Below, piece after piece: positions 39,175 through 52,317 of a DNA stretch of 64,000 bases. The stretch is taken from positions 14,686,373-14,750,372 of the forward strand of contig MU053881.1 of the NCBI GenBank assembly GCA_013239625.1, given 5' to 3'. The translations under genes were made by a program, and so were the position numbers. The first letter of the stretch is position 1. Every line of letters starts with the position of its first letter. The stretch is from Lama guanicoe (Eukaryota). The notes under the pieces were generated by a model, which was given only the letters and a program-made list of their open reading frames with translations, was not told where the DNA came from and did no database searches.

Positions 39175-40135
39175 TGTAGGGATTAAAAGAGGTCTCCAAA
39201 AGTTCATCTCCACCCAGACCCTCAGAAAGTGGCCTTATTTGGAAACAGGGTCTTCGCAGGTATAGGTAAGGCTATCAAGATGAGATCATCTTAGATTAAG
39301 AGTGGACCTTAAATCCAATGATGAGTGTCCTTATAAGAGGACACACATGGAAGAAGGCTGTGTGAAGATGAAAGCAGAGATTTGGGTGATGTGGCCACAA
39401 GCCAAGGAACTCATGGACTGCTAGCAGCCACCAGAGGCATGGAAAGAGCCCCAGTAGGAACCAACCCTGTTGTCCTAGTCAGCTCTGGCTGCTGTGACAA
39501 GATACCACAGGCCAGGGTGGGGAGGGTATAGCTCAAGTGGTAAGAGTGCATGCTTACTTAGCATGCACGAGGTCCTGAATTCAATCCCCAGTACCTCCAT
39601 TAAAAAAATTAATAATAAATAAATAGACCTAATGACCTCCCTCCCACCAAAAAAAGAAATTAATTAATTAATTAATTAAAAAAAATACCACAGGCTGGGT
39701 GGCTTATAAACAACAGAAATATATTTCTCACAGTTCTGGGGGCTGAGAAGTCTAAGATCGAGGTGCCAGCATATCTAGTATCTGTTCAGAATGCTCTTCC
39801 TGGTTCATAGATGGCCACTCCTCTGTGTCCACATGTAGCAGAAGGTGCAAGGGAGTGCCCTTGGGTCTCTTTCATAAAGGTATTAATCCCATTCATGAGG
39901 GCTCCCCCGTTACAACCTAATAACCCCTCCAAACCCCACCTCTTAGTACCATCACATTGGGGATTAAGTCTCAGGTGAATTTTAAGGGAGATAAAAGCAT
40001 TCAGTCTATACAGCACCTGCCAAAACCTTGATTTTAGACTTCTGAACTCTACAGCAGCAACAGAATAAATTTTTGTTGTTTAAAGCCACCCAGTTTGTGG
40101 TAATGTGTTATGGTGGCCCCAGAACACTAATACAG
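39175..40135. mobile_element. Nested MaLR LTRs: outer + strand (39175-39470, 40015-40135), inner - strand (about 39470-40012)
   Basis: Outer breaks at ...ggaaccaaccctg and resumes cctgccaaaaccttgattttagacttctg; inner reads tgtcctagtcagctctggctgct...tttctcacagttctgggggctgagaagtc...attcagtctata. Confidence 0.75.
39515..39685 (+). mobile_element. Vic-1-like SINE inside the inner LTR
   Basis: ggggagggtatagctcaagtggt...gcatgcacgaggtcctgaattcaatccccagtacctccattaaaa; flanked by a near-duplicated ataccacaggc. Confidence 0.9.
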
Positions 40136-43100
40136 CAGAACTCTGAGACCACACTACCCAGTGCTGTCCTGCCCCTTTGCTAGTGACCTGCTCATGCCCT
40201 GAAGCCACTGCACTCTTCTCTGGACCTCACAGGCTGCCCTGCTGGCAGAGCTTCAACAGAAAACCTGGCTTTTCCCGATCTTGGTTGAGACCCTGGAACC
40301 CAAGCACTTTGCTGCAGCAAAAGGTATTCAGTGAAGAAAACAAATGTTGACAAGCGTATTTTAAAAATAGCACAGTGACCGGGAGAGGCCGTGGGGGCAA
40401 CATTCTACTTCTTACACTGGGTGTCGGTTTCATTATTCTTTCTACTCTCTTTTCACGTGCACATTACATACTTTCATGAAGTATTTCATACTTCAGATAA
40501 AAAAATACAATGCATTTTTTAAAAGAGCTGGCTTGCAAAACCCAAACAAAGTAACAGCTCTGATCATCTCAATAGTCCTCTAATGTCAAATTACCAAAAT
40601 AGAAGGGAAGAAGAAAAATGGGAAGACACATGGGAAAAGGCTCGACCTCAGTCTGGTGACGCCCCCGACCTGGACCAACAGTGGGAAATCGCTGACAACT
40701 CAAGAAAATCTTCAGATAGCTTCCCAAATAGATTTAACATCTGACTTGTCTCAGTCTCATGACACCCTCATTCTTTTGCTGGATCCAAGGGAAAAGAAAA
40801 AAAAATCAACAGCCAATATCTCAGATATCCCTTCCTGGGACTCCAGGCAATGCAGATATCTCTTTCACTTAAAAGGACCGCCTCCTCCACCCCCCACCCC
40901 AAGGTTTCCTTCAGAGCTTTCCAGAGGAGGGACTCAAATATTTCTTGGACTGAACTTTAGACTGTGGAAGAGAAACAGAAATGTAATGTTTAATCACCAC
41001 CACACGGGCCAGAACACCCAAGAGATGGATAGGAAGGTTGGAGAGACCAGAACACTTAATAATAACCGTCCTGCCCTCTGGGGGAGGAAACAAGCATTCC
41101 AACTTCCCAGCTGAGAGAATACTGATGACAGCTTCCATTGGAGGAACAGTAGCCTTTTACATGGACATGCCCTCTGGCCTGGGCACTCCTAGGAAGTTGC
41201 TGCAGTTCGATGTTAAACTCCATGAAGACAGAGAGGTTTTTGAAGTGTCTGTGCACTGCTGGAAGCTCCGCACACGCTCACTACATACTTGCTCATGCAA
41301 GTTTCTATCTATTTATTGCAACTTAGTTTGTGAAAGCAAAATATGAGCGACAACTTAAACAGCCATCAGTAAGGAACTGGTTATAAAATCACCCACCCTT
41401 TTGATAAAATCTGATAAATTTACCAGTGGTTTAAAAGGGGTGGTGAGGGGGGCTATACACCCCTCCCACAGAGCCATAGACTATCTCTAGAAGGCAACAT
41501 TATAAGACAGGAGAAATTATTAACAATGGGGGCCTCCAGTGGGGGACAGGTTACGGAGACACCTGTCTGGTTTTTACTGTTATGCCCTCTTGTACTATTT
41601 GATATTTATTTTTTACCATGCACATCAATGACCTTGTCAAAGTTTATTTATATATTCATACATGTATGTACATATGTATATATAAAATGTGTATATGTGT
41701 ATACATATATACATCTACACATATGCATATACACACACACACATTTTAAATGACTCCTTTTGAATTTGGACAGAAAACTCCAATGGCTTCAGTTTCCACA
41801 GAAAAAGCTGAAGGTGATGTGACCCTCCAGAAGATTCCAGCACCATCTTTGCAGGGACGGACAGGCGTGGGGGCAAGAAGTACTATATAAGCCTTACAGG
41901 AAACAGCACATTATTGCTTTTTTAAAAAAAAAACAACAAGGCCACCAGCCTCCTTCCATGCTCCACACTTGCAAATTACACTCCAGGGAACTTGAAAAGT
42001 TCCAGAAAAATCTTTATCCCCAGCATCATGCCAAGCTCCAGTTCTGCAGTTTATCTCTAAGTGGCTGAAGCATTAGCTTTCTCACTCTGAAGAGTGTTTC
42101 CTTATTCTCTCGGTGGTTTATCGGCTTCAAGGGCCCAAGGAGCTCTCCCGGTTCAGCCAGGGGCCCCCGCCCACTCGCAAGAGTTGAAGCCGGAGGCCTG
42201 AAGCCAGTCAACTTCCCCCAGGCAACCCAGCCAGCTGGGCGGCAGCACATTAGGTGTTGAAGCCCAGATCCAACAGCGCCCCCGCCCCCACCAGACCCAG
42301 GGCTCTGAGATGTGTGCTCAGAAAGCGATCAGGGGCCGCCCCTTCCAGCTCAGTCTTTCCGGACCCAGTCAAAGTCATGACTCCCGAGGAACAGCTGCAG
42401 GGAGGGTGGGGGTCCCTTCCCCTGCCAACCCCTCCGAGATAAACATAACAGATGGGCAAAAATGGGGGAGGTTCGCAGAGAACGGTCGGCAATGCTCAGG
42501 AAGGAGTGGGCAAAGTCTCCCCAATTCAAGTCGCTTTAGGTTTGTCGCTGGTAACATGGAGATAATTCCGGTTTTGTCTGGCCGATGGGATTATTCTTAG
42601 CTCAGAAATCATCTTATAGACCTTCATAAATGAAAACATAACATCTGGGTGGGCTCTAATTGGAAGAGGGTGGAGGGTGCAGTGATCCTGAAACAGCAAG
42701 GCTTGGGTGAAACGCTGGAAGCCGGGAGGGGGAAGGGGCGTTGCAAAGGGTGAGGGGAGGGGTCACAAATAGATGCTTGTGGAAGAAGAGTAGGAGCACA
42801 GACTAGGGGCGTGCAAGTGAGAGGGGGATGTCAGGGGCACAGGGCAAGTGTGTGCAAGTGTTGGGGGGTACCTGAGGGCACTGACCCAGATTAAGGGAGG
42901 GGGCAGTGAGAGGGGCACAGGACTGGATGTGAGAAAAGTCAGTGAGAAGATATGAACTGGTCCAGATGAGTTTGGGGTCACAGGCTCAGGTGTGGGTGTG
43001 GAGATGCAGGCCAAGGTGTGGTGGCGCGGGGGACGGGGCGGGGGGGTTGGTGGTGTATCGCTCTATGGTGTGAGGGTATCATCGAGGGATGATGTGGGGG

Positions 43101-43545
43101 TGTTCATGAGCCGAGGCGCGGTGTCAGGTGTGTGAAGGGTAATATAAATGAGGGCACAGACTCAGGTGCGTGTGGGAGCGCAGACTCAACTGTGCGGGGT
43201 GCCTAGGGGCACGGATCCAGGGGTGTGGGTAATGTCAGCGAGGCGGACAGTCTCAGACGTGGGAGGGGAGATGTCAACGAGAAGGGATGTGGTGTTAGGT
43301 GTGTGCGGGCTGACGGTGAAGGGCTCAGATTCAGCTGTGGGGGACCCCCACACGCGCGGTATGAGGGTTCGGGGGGTGGGCTTTAACCTCCCAGTCCCCG
43401 CGATGCTGCTGTCACGCCCCGTCTAGTTCGCCCCAACCCCGGGGCCATGACAAGACTGTGCCTCGCCCCAGGTCGGGCCAAGGGGCGCAGGCCCCACCGA
43501 CGCTTGCGCCATCCCGAGCTCCCCGCGCCCCTCGCGCCTGCTCAC

Positions 43546-43650
43546 CGGCTGGGACGCGTCGCCGCCGCCGCCGCCGCCGCCGCCACCTCCAGCCACCACA
43601 GCCCCGCCTCGCGCACCCTCGGCGCGCGCCGCGGGAGGGGTCCACGCCGG
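43546..43650 (-). other. SLC25A42: SLC25A42 non-coding exon 1 (5' boundary approximate)
   Basis: Strong donor CCG|gtgagc at 43545 on - strand, inside the CpG island and just downstream of the CCAAT cluster. Confidence 0.7.
43561..43584. repeat. (GCC)8 / (GGC)8 trinucleotide repeat in putative SLC25A42 5'UTR
   Basis: Seen directly. Confidence 0.93.
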
Positions 43651-46600
43651 ACTCTGATTCTAGCCAATCATCTCTGGAGACAGCAGAGATTGGTGGGCAT
43701 GAAACAGAAGGACAGCCCCTGAAGCCAATCAATCATGGGTAGAGGCGGGGCTACTGGGAGAGACTGTGGGTGCCGGGGGTGGTCCAGATGGATGAGAGGA
43801 GCTGGGAGGCGAGGGCCTGGGGGCAGGTGAAGATTGGAACTCTTGGAGAAAACGGGCAGCCATAATGACCAATCGCCGGGGAGCAAGGGCGGGGCTCCGA
43901 GGAAGCTGGCGCGACTGGCACGAAAGGAACGGAGGGCGTAGCCTGGAGGGTGACGGAGATTGGCTGCAAAACCAAAGATGGGCAAGCCTCGCGGCCAGTC
44001 GCAGGGGCCATGGGCGGTGCGCCCTGGCCAAGATTTGGAGCGTAGGAGGTGCAGAGTTTGGCCCTGAGCTCGGTGGCCGGAGGTGGCCTCGGAGTCCCGC
44101 ACAGGGTCCCTTGAGACTGTGGCGAAGTCAGGCCCTCTGGCCACCAAGCGCAGAAGCAGGACCTCCAAGTTGGGCCGTGAACTTGGCCATCACGGTCGAA
44201 GGACTCGTAGATATTTCTTCATCTTCTTTCTATCCTGTATTCCCCTGCAAATGATACGGAGAGGGTAGAGTCTCGCTGGAGGTCATTCAGCTGCCATCTG
44301 CAGCTCCGGGTAGTGCGAAGACGTGGAAATAGATGGAATCCTACTCATGCGCTTTATGATTTTCTGGAAATGTTTGACTTCTCCGAGTTCAAGCTTCTCC
44401 TCAGGATCAAAATTTCCACATCCCTGTAGCTGGACCTCCCTGCTAAGACTTTGATGAATTAACTGAATCCTAACCACAGTGCCATGAGGTCCGACCTCAC
44501 AACCTTAAGCAAGGCACTTATGATCCTCGATTTCCTCACAGGACAATGAATCCTACACTTTGATCTTTCCTCTCTGGGGCTGCTTGCCTGAGAGAATTTA
44601 TATTCCAGAACTTGCTTTAACCTGGTGGAAGCATTTAACTGTCAGCAAGTCACATTTTGCCTGTGAGCCCCAGCTTTTCTGTAAGATGTGGGGTCATGGG
44701 ATTCTTTGCGGATAGGGAGACACCTCAGTGTCTCATTGTGTCATTGGCCACCCTGTTCTCTGATTCACCAAGTGCACTCCATTAACCTCTTCAGCAGAGA
44801 GGATTACAAATGTTCTCAGATACTGGCTCTTATTTCCTCTAGGTGTGGGCTGGGGCTGGTGGAGATCAAGTACAGAACCAGGAAATCCTAGGAGGGAATA
44901 AGACTGAGCTAGGACGTAATAAGGTCTCCAGTTTCAGGGCTGTGCAAGACCCCTGCTAAATGCTTAATCCATAACTTTTCAAAGGGCCCCTATTGAGGAA
45001 ATGCCTGGGGCTCACAAGTGCAAGTCAGGAACCTGAGGCTACCATCCAACTGCTGATATTCCCGCTTGATATGAGTCTCCTCTCAAATATTTCCCACCTG
45101 TGGTCTGCCCTCTGGAGAAGAAGAGGAAGCTGTGTCTGCTGAATACCTACTGAGTGTTAGGACCACACGAGGCCAGGCACTTCTCAAAGGCCATCTCATG
45201 ACCTGACTTCCAGATAGGGGTGATGGTGCCCACTTTGCAGGTGAGAAAACTGAGCTTCATGAAACAAGTGTTCCTTGTTGGAAGGGCCCAGGGCTGGGTT
45301 TGAATCCCTGCTCTTCTTGACTTGCTAGCCACAGAATCTTCAGCAGGTGACTAAAACTCCCTGCCTTGGTTTCTCCAACTAGTCCCCAGGGTTGATGGGA
45401 GCATTAACAAAATGAATGAAGCAAAAGACAACTGTGTTGGTCTCCACTGAGTGCTCACTGAGTGTTGGATAAACTGCCCTTTTCTGGGCTTCTGTTTCCC
45501 TCTCTGTAAATAGCCTAATGGATTGTGGACATAGACTAACCATGGGTGTGGTTTGCCACCCAAAGAGGGAGATGTTTCTACTGGAGGAGTCACCACAGTG
45601 CCTACCTGCCAGGCCTTGGGAGGGAGGCAGGAAGCTCCACAGTACCCCCAGGGACAGTGCCAACTGAGGTAGGGGTCAGGCAGTGGCCCAGCACTGGGTT
45701 GCCTCTCCTGATGGTGCCAGAGGCGCTGGCTGGGCCCTGGCTTCTGTTCTCTTGTCAGTAAGCTGGCACCAGCCAACCTCTCTGCCACCTTCCAACAATG
45801 GCAGGCAGTATCTCTTGGCATCAGCAACTGACACCCCCCACCATGGGCACCTTGGCAGTACCTGGCTAGGGTAGTCTGGGGGATCCCAGCTCTTCCCCAT
45901 CTGCCTGGCTTTCCCTGGGGAGGACACTGACTCTCTGTACCCACCTCCTACCAAGTTTCCTCTATTTCTTGGGAATCCCAGGAATCATCTGACATGACGG
46001 CTGTGAGCCAGGCCTGGGCACAGTGACAGGGTTTAATCAACCGAGGCTACAGAGCCATTTGCCCAAGGTCAGGTTAGCAACGCTGGCAACAGAGGAGGGG
46101 CGTGGAGGCAGGCCGAGCTGGGTTCTCATCCCACTCCAGGCCCTCGAAAGCTGGTGAGTCTGTTTCTCATCTGGAAAGTGGTGCTCACAGGCCATGCCTT
46201 TCAGAGATGTGTTTGCAGTTAAAAAGCAACAGTGTTCCTTTCCCAGGACGCTGGGCCTTTCCCTGGCTGGAGGGACAGATCCTTGACATCCTGGACACAA
46301 CAGAGATGACATCAAGCCTTCTAGTTGTGGCAATCTGCCTCACTCAGGCAGCCTCACTCAGCTTCCTAGAGGCTCAGAGAGGTCTGACCACTCCTCTAAA
46401 AGCACACAACAGTAGAGGTAGAACTGGATGTGCTGGCCCCTCGCTTGTAGCAGTCTCCTCCTCAGCCCATTTCTGTCATCAACAAGGACAGGGTGCCAAG
46501 CACTCCTTAGAGGGGCACTGAGCCAGGCTTACTGGGGGCTGTGGCCCTGTGCAGCAACACACTTAGCCCAGTTTCAGTTGAGGAGGGGGAGGCTCACCTG

Positions 46601-48367
46601 AGGTGGCAGAGGAGGGACTGGAATGTAGGCATGGCCAACCTCAGTGAAACGTGGGGTCTTCAGCTGGAGGTGGGGCCCCACCCAGACTGGGGATGTCTGA
46701 ACAGGCCTGGACCCACACCCACTTAAATCACCCTCAGGCAAGGTGGGAAGGACTGATAAGCAGGAGCCACCCCTCCAGGAAGGAGCCTGGGAACTGGGAG
46801 GGGACTGGCTCTGCTGGGCAGAGGCTTTCCCTCCAACTGCCCTGTGTACTTATTAATTTATTCAGGTGTACATTCAAAAATATTTACGGGAAGCTGGTGC
46901 ACAGCAGGAAGACAGGAGCCTGCCCCCATGGAGCTCATGGGCCGTGGGGAGGCTGGTGTGACTAGAACCATGATCAAAGGGGAGCATGGAGAAGATGAGG
47001 GTGGGAGGTGGGCAGGGCCTGGAGGATAGTTGGGTTTTATGGGGAGGGCAATGGCGGATTGAGAGCAGAGCTTAGGCAGGAATTACCTGGGGCTGGCACC
47101 ACAGGCTTCCTTCGAAATGGACTACCAGCACCCATCCCTGTGAGACAGCTGAAGAAACAGGAGGCTCACAGGGCTGAGGACTGCTCCAAGGTCATAGGAC
47201 TGACCCAAGGCCACATTGGTGGCCAACCCAGGAGTCAAGTTAGGGCAGCCTGGAGCAGATGTGAGATCCTTCTACACATGGGCTGAGTCCCCAGTGATGG
47301 GAGTCAGGGCTGAGTGACTGGGTCAGAGGTTCTCATCAGCCTCACTGAGCTGGCAGGGCCCACTCAGCTGGCGGTGGGGGAGGTTGGACACCACAGAGGG
47401 GTGGTTCCAGGGTGATGCGTACCCACCCCCAGCTATTTCCATAGGCCAATTTCCATAGAAACTGGTGCCTTCTGTGAAAGGGTTTGAGCTGATGTCAAGG
47501 ACCAAATTCAGACACTCTTCAGTCTAGAGGAGACGAATGACAAGCAGGGGGGTGGGGACTAGAGGAGATGAGAAGGGCTCCCAGTGTGTGGGCTAGAGGT
47601 GTCAGGCATGGTGCCTGGAACCAACCAGGGGGCATGAGGCTATCCTGACTGACTGGGCCACGTGGGCCACAGGAGCTGCCAGGCGACCACAATATGACCC
47701 CGAGTGTGAATGCAGGGAAGCAGTCTGCCAGGAACTGCTGCCTGGGAGCCCCCAGGACACATGTGAGGGTGGGCACTGAGGGCAACAACAGCAATACACA
47801 TCCTGTAGATGGGGAAGCTGAGGCTCGGAGATGGAACGCGGGCTGCCCAAGCCATCCAGTGAGCAAGGACCTCGATGTGGCCAGGTGGGAAAGCACAGGA
47901 CAGTTCTCCTGGGGTGACTCAGGTGCTGAAGCTAGACAATTGGGTGTCTCCCATGTGCCTAGCTCTGCTCCAACACCCCTCAGAGAGGACTCTATCCCCT
48001 CCCTACTCCCCATTTTACAGAGGATCAAATCCAAGGCTCCGAGAGGTTATGTCACTAGCTCAAGCCCACAGAGCTGAGTGGGGGCTACATGTTGAGCCCT
48101 CTAGCCCTCCCAAGGCAATGCACATTCAGAAACAGCGACCTTGGCGCCCACAGATCCCAAGTCTGACCATTGCCCTGGAAGCCCACCCTTCTGAGGGTAA
48201 CAGCAAATCATATATCCCAAGCTATTCTCAAAACCCTTTGCTTTCTTCAGTGAATGTGTGGCCTCCCCAAGCATCCACCCCTCCTCTGTTCTTTGAGGCC
48301 ACTGGCTGCAGCCCCCATGCCCCACAATGCTATGGAAGAGACCTCCCAATTGTTCAACCAACAGTCG

Positions 48368-48373
48368 TTTATT
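48368..48373 (-). terminator. Candidate ARMC6 polyadenylation signal
   Basis: tttatt on + strand = AATAAA on - strand, about 550 nt after the stop codon. Confidence 0.65.
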
Positions 48374-48924
48374 ACCAGGCACCACTGGCTGGCCTGGGAC
48401 CCCTGGAGACAAATGAGCCCTGGTCCCTGACCTCCGTTCAGCAGAGCAAGGCATTTGTGATTCATTTTACAGGTGAGAAAAATAGTAGCAGGGATGAGAA
48501 CAGACTTGTAGGAACAGAAGTGGGATCCCTACCCTGCTTTGAGACTGGCCAGCAATGGTTTCCCTATTTCAGACAGACATCTGGCCCCAAGCAATGCTGA
48601 GGGGGCTCTTCTACTGGGAAAGGGCGGCAGGGTTGGGTAGCGTAAGACAAATGATGCCAATGCTGTCAGCTGGTGAGGGGAACAGGGTGAAGGGAGGCTG
48701 GGACCCAGGGGCTGCTTTCTGCTGTAGAGGCACCTCACTAATGCTCCCTTCCCACCCTCTAGCTTATACCTGATCCCCATCAGAAAACACCTCTCCTTCG
48801 TGGAGGAGGAATCTAGGGGCAGAGTGGCAGGACTTGGATTCCCATCTGCCCCCCAGCCCTCCATTCCTGACCGTTCCTGAGTCACATGACTCACCCAGAG
48901 TCACGGCCCAGGCTGAGCCTGGGG

Positions 48925-49137
48925 TCACTGTGCCAGGTTACCCTTCTGGCCAGTCCACAGCTCTCGGAGCTCGATGTGGCAGCCCAGGTCCCGCAGGGCA
49001 GCTTTGGCCACATCCTCACAGTCACGGTGGGCAGCACGGGCCTGAGAGATGAGTGCCTCGGCCCCCAGCTCCAGGATGGGCCGTGAGAAGGCTTGGCTGC
49101 GGGCCACCAGGTTTCGGATCAGCATACAGGCCTGTTT
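48925..49137 (-). CDS. ARMC6: ARMC6 last coding exon
   Basis: ttctag|[44 protein letters not shown]...[26 protein letters not shown]. Confidence 0.94.
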   Translation of the reverse strand, partial: KQACMLIRNLVARSQAFSRPILELGAEALISQARAAHRDCEDVAKAALRDLGCHIELRELWTGQKGNLAQ

Positions 49138-50318
49138 CTAGAAGGGAGAGCAGAAGGTGAGTGGCTGTGAGCTGACGGGTGGGGTCCAGGGGTGGAGTCG
49201 ACTCTGACCTCAAAGTCCTCATAACACAACCTGAGAGCAGCCAATATTCAGCGGGTGCCTAGGCTATGACTCATCAGGTTAGACTCATGTCCCCACTTCA
49301 TCCTCTTGTCAGCCTGGGGAGCAGGGATAATCCCCCCATCTCCCAGGTGAGGGGACTGAAGCTCAGGATAGCCAAGGGTGTGGCCAGGTGGGACTGATCC
49401 CTCAGGTATGGGACCCCAAGTCTCAGAGCAATATCCCCTGAGGCTGGCAAGAGCCTGGCAGGGACTGCAGGGGAGGAGGGCAGGGAGACAGTGGAAAGAG
49501 CGGGCTTGTGCCCAGGGTCCATCTGTCCATTATACTGTTACTCAGCCAGCATTTGTGCTCTGTGTATCTGCCGGGCGTGGGTGCTGAGAAGCATCCTAAC
49601 ATGGCAGTCAGAGAGTGGGTGAGAAGCATGTGAGGTGTGAGGGCTTGCCTGGCCAGCGTGGTCAGGGATGGATAAGGGGATGGGCTAGCCAAGGGCACAG
49701 TGTCCTGGAGGAGGGAGCAGCAAGAGCAAAGGCCCCCAGTGGGACTGAGCCTGGTGTGTCTAAGGACCCACAAGGAGGCCCCTGGGTGGGGAAGGGATGA
49801 AGGGTGGGAGGCAGGGAATGCCCTGGGGGCTGCTGCAGGGAGGAGTGTGGGTATCAGGCAGGCATGTGCGTTGCTTGTCTACACTTCAGCTCTGCTGACA
49901 CCTCAGCAAGGTGTGGACAGTGGTCCACCATGAAAAACACAAAGCAGTAGCCCAAGGTGGGGCAGGGAACCTTCCCCAAACGCCAGCAGATCTCCATCGG
50001 CTGGTACCCCCAACTCCTCCTCCTCCCCAGATCCTTCTAAAGAGACTGTTAGGAAAGGGAAAGAACAAGCACAAATAGAGCAAAGGGACAGGAAAGGAGA
50101 CAACAGCAGGCAGAATTCAGCACATTTTAGGAGGATGGGAAAGTAGATAGAGGACCTCAGGTGCTGAGGAGGAAGTAAACCCTGGGGCTTGGGTCACGAT
50201 GGAGATGGGACAGGGACAAAGAGGGCCTGCCTCCTTCCCCCTCCCCAACCAGCACGCCAGCCTGTTGCCCCACCTGCCCAGCAGGCTCCCATCCCCTCCT
50301 CCTGTCCCTCATGCTTAC

Positions 50319-50456
50319 CTGCACGCCAGCCTCCTGCGGGTGTGCCTTCATGGCCTGAAGTGCGGCCAGAGCCCCGCCACCCTCCACAATGACCCGGCTG
50401 TTCTCTGGCTTGCGCAGGGCCAGGACGCACAGGGCCGCACAGCTCTGCTCACACAC
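50319..50456 (-). CDS. ARMC6: ARMC6 coding exon (138 nt)
   Basis: ccacag|GTG TGT GAG ... GTG CAG|gtaagc; [46 protein letters not shown]. Confidence 0.94.
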
Positions 50457-50823
50457 CTGTGGGATGGGTCACAAGGATGGCTGAGAGGAGGCAGACAGAC
50501 CCTCCATCATCACCAGCTCCCCAGGTGAGTGCGCTGTGACCTCACCTGGACAGACTGCTGTGTACTGGACCCAGAAAGGATGCCAGGGTGCATCAACCAA
50601 GCTCTTAGGGGTGATAGTCTCACCCCAGGCCCCCTGCTCACCCCACCCTGGCCCTCACTCACCCTGTCACCCTGACCCCAGCCTCTTGCTGGCTGGCCTC
50701 ATCCTAGGCCTGGCCCTGCTTCAGAAGATGGGAAAGGCCATTATGTAGATACAGATACTGATATGGGACTCCAGCCATGCTGCCCTACCTTATGTGGCCC
50801 TCCCCCAACCCCAAGGTGGGTAC

Positions 50824-50955
50824 CTGGGGGCTGGCCAGGTGCCGGGTCATGGCAGCCACAATGGATTCAGTCCCGCCGGCGCGGACGATGGCATCCTTCA
50901 CATCATCGTTGCCTGCGATGGCCCTCAGGGCACTTAGCACTTGTTTCACAAGGTC
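50824..50955 (-). CDS. ARMC6: ARMC6 coding exon (132 nt)
   Basis: cttcag|GAC CTT GTG ... CCC CAG|gtaccc; [44 protein letters not shown]. Confidence 0.93.
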
Positions 50956-51646
50956 CTGAAGGGAGGTGACACATAGGTCACCCCTAGCCAGCCCCAGACA
51001 CTAACTGTTTGGTTGCTGGATTGTTGGGGGTGGGTCTAAAGGGAGGGTCTGGAGCTGTTTCAATGTCTGCTGCCTGGGCATGTGGGGTCACCCTGGGGCA
51101 TGCAGGTAGCATATAACAGCAAGGTTATTTATCACTTTCTGTGTAGAGAAGGCAGGGGAGGCTTGGGGAGGTGGACCCTGGAGTTCAGGCCACCTGCTTT
51201 TGGATGACTCTGACAGCACCCCTTCAACATACAGAAAGGGACATGTGGCTCAGACCAGCAACTAGAGCACAGGTGGGCCTCACTCAAGCATCACACACCT
51301 GAGCTGGGGTCTGGGCCAGCCCCTGATCACATTCACTCTGTCCTCCCATCCACTTTGGTTGAAAAAATCCAAAGATGCTAAAGGACAATGAGAGAGGGTG
51401 AGTGGGTTTGTTTTCCCTGCAGACTTTAGTTCCTTCTCATGGGTCATGAGAAGTGAAAATCGAACTTTGGTTCTGGGGTCAGTGGACAGGGCCAGCGTGT
51501 TCTGACTCAAGCCTGTGTGGCTGGCTGGGGCCCAAAGGGTCAGAGTTCACTGGGAGGCCCAGAGCCTTCCCCAGGGACTGAGAGAAATGACAAATTGAAA
51601 CTCAGGTGCAAGGGCTTTGCTCCCTCATACTGCTCCAGATGCCCAC

Positions 51647-51792
51647 CTGGTGGTCGTTGCAGTCGGCCAGCAGGGCCACTAGGATGCTGAGGCCCCCAAG
51701 GTCGACAACCTCCTGGCAGAACTCGTTGCGGACAGCCAGGCGGGACAGGGTGCTGCAGAGCTCACTCAGGATGCTGGGGTTGTCAGGAAATG
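51647..51792 (-). CDS. ARMC6: ARMC6 coding exon (146 nt)
   Basis: ctgcag|CA TTT CCT GAC ... CAC CAG|gtgggc; [49 protein letters not shown]. Confidence 0.92.
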
Positions 51793-52317
51793 CTGCAGGG
51801 AGAGGGGAGGAGAAGCCACCGGGGTGAGGAGTGGGAGAACCAGCCATGGTTCGAATCCCGCTCTGCCCGGGAAGCCTGGCCCCTCTGCCTGGCCGTGTGG
51901 CCACTTGTATGGGGAGGGCCCCAAGGAACACCAGAGGCTGCCTGGGCCTGTGGTGCCCCCTGCTGGCTCCTTGGGGAGACACAAGAATGTGCCTTCCCCT
52001 CCACAGTGTCCCAGATAAATTCCAGACAGACTGATGATCTTGACTAAAAAAAGAAATCCATAATAGTGCTATAATAAAACATCCGGGACTATTTTTGTGA
52101 TCTTGGGTTGGGAATGACCTTTCCAAGTGCAACAGGACACCTAGAAGTTGCAGAGGGACATATGGGTAGAGTTGACTGGGGCAAAATTGAACACAGATGC
52201 TGAAGACAGAGCTCAGAGGCACCAAGGAGAGGCCCGACTTGAGGCTGATGAGGGGGTAGTTAGGGGGTTGGGAGTGTGGGGCAGGGGGGATGCAGAGAGC
52301 CACAGAGACACAGAGCT

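Larger units (their letters stand above)
43400..44160. promoter_or_regulatory. CpG island and SLC25A42 promoter with several CCAAT and GC boxes
   Basis: High CpG density; CCAAT/ATTGG near 43664, 43689, 43725, 43833, 43869 and 43959; GGCGGG near 43744 and 43888. Confidence 0.85.

Noticed and set aside
44283..44477. 64-aa - strand ORF upstream of the SLC25A42 promoter
   Set aside because: Overlaps a MIR-core-like sequence; no coding support
47875..48600. 241-aa + strand ORF overlapping the ARMC6 3' end in antisense
   Set aside because: Non-ATG start, includes MIR-like sequence, no recognisable homology or splice context
51846..51868. B-box-like ggttcgaatccc
   Set aside because: Isolated motif resembling a MIR head; no cloverleaf or matching A box
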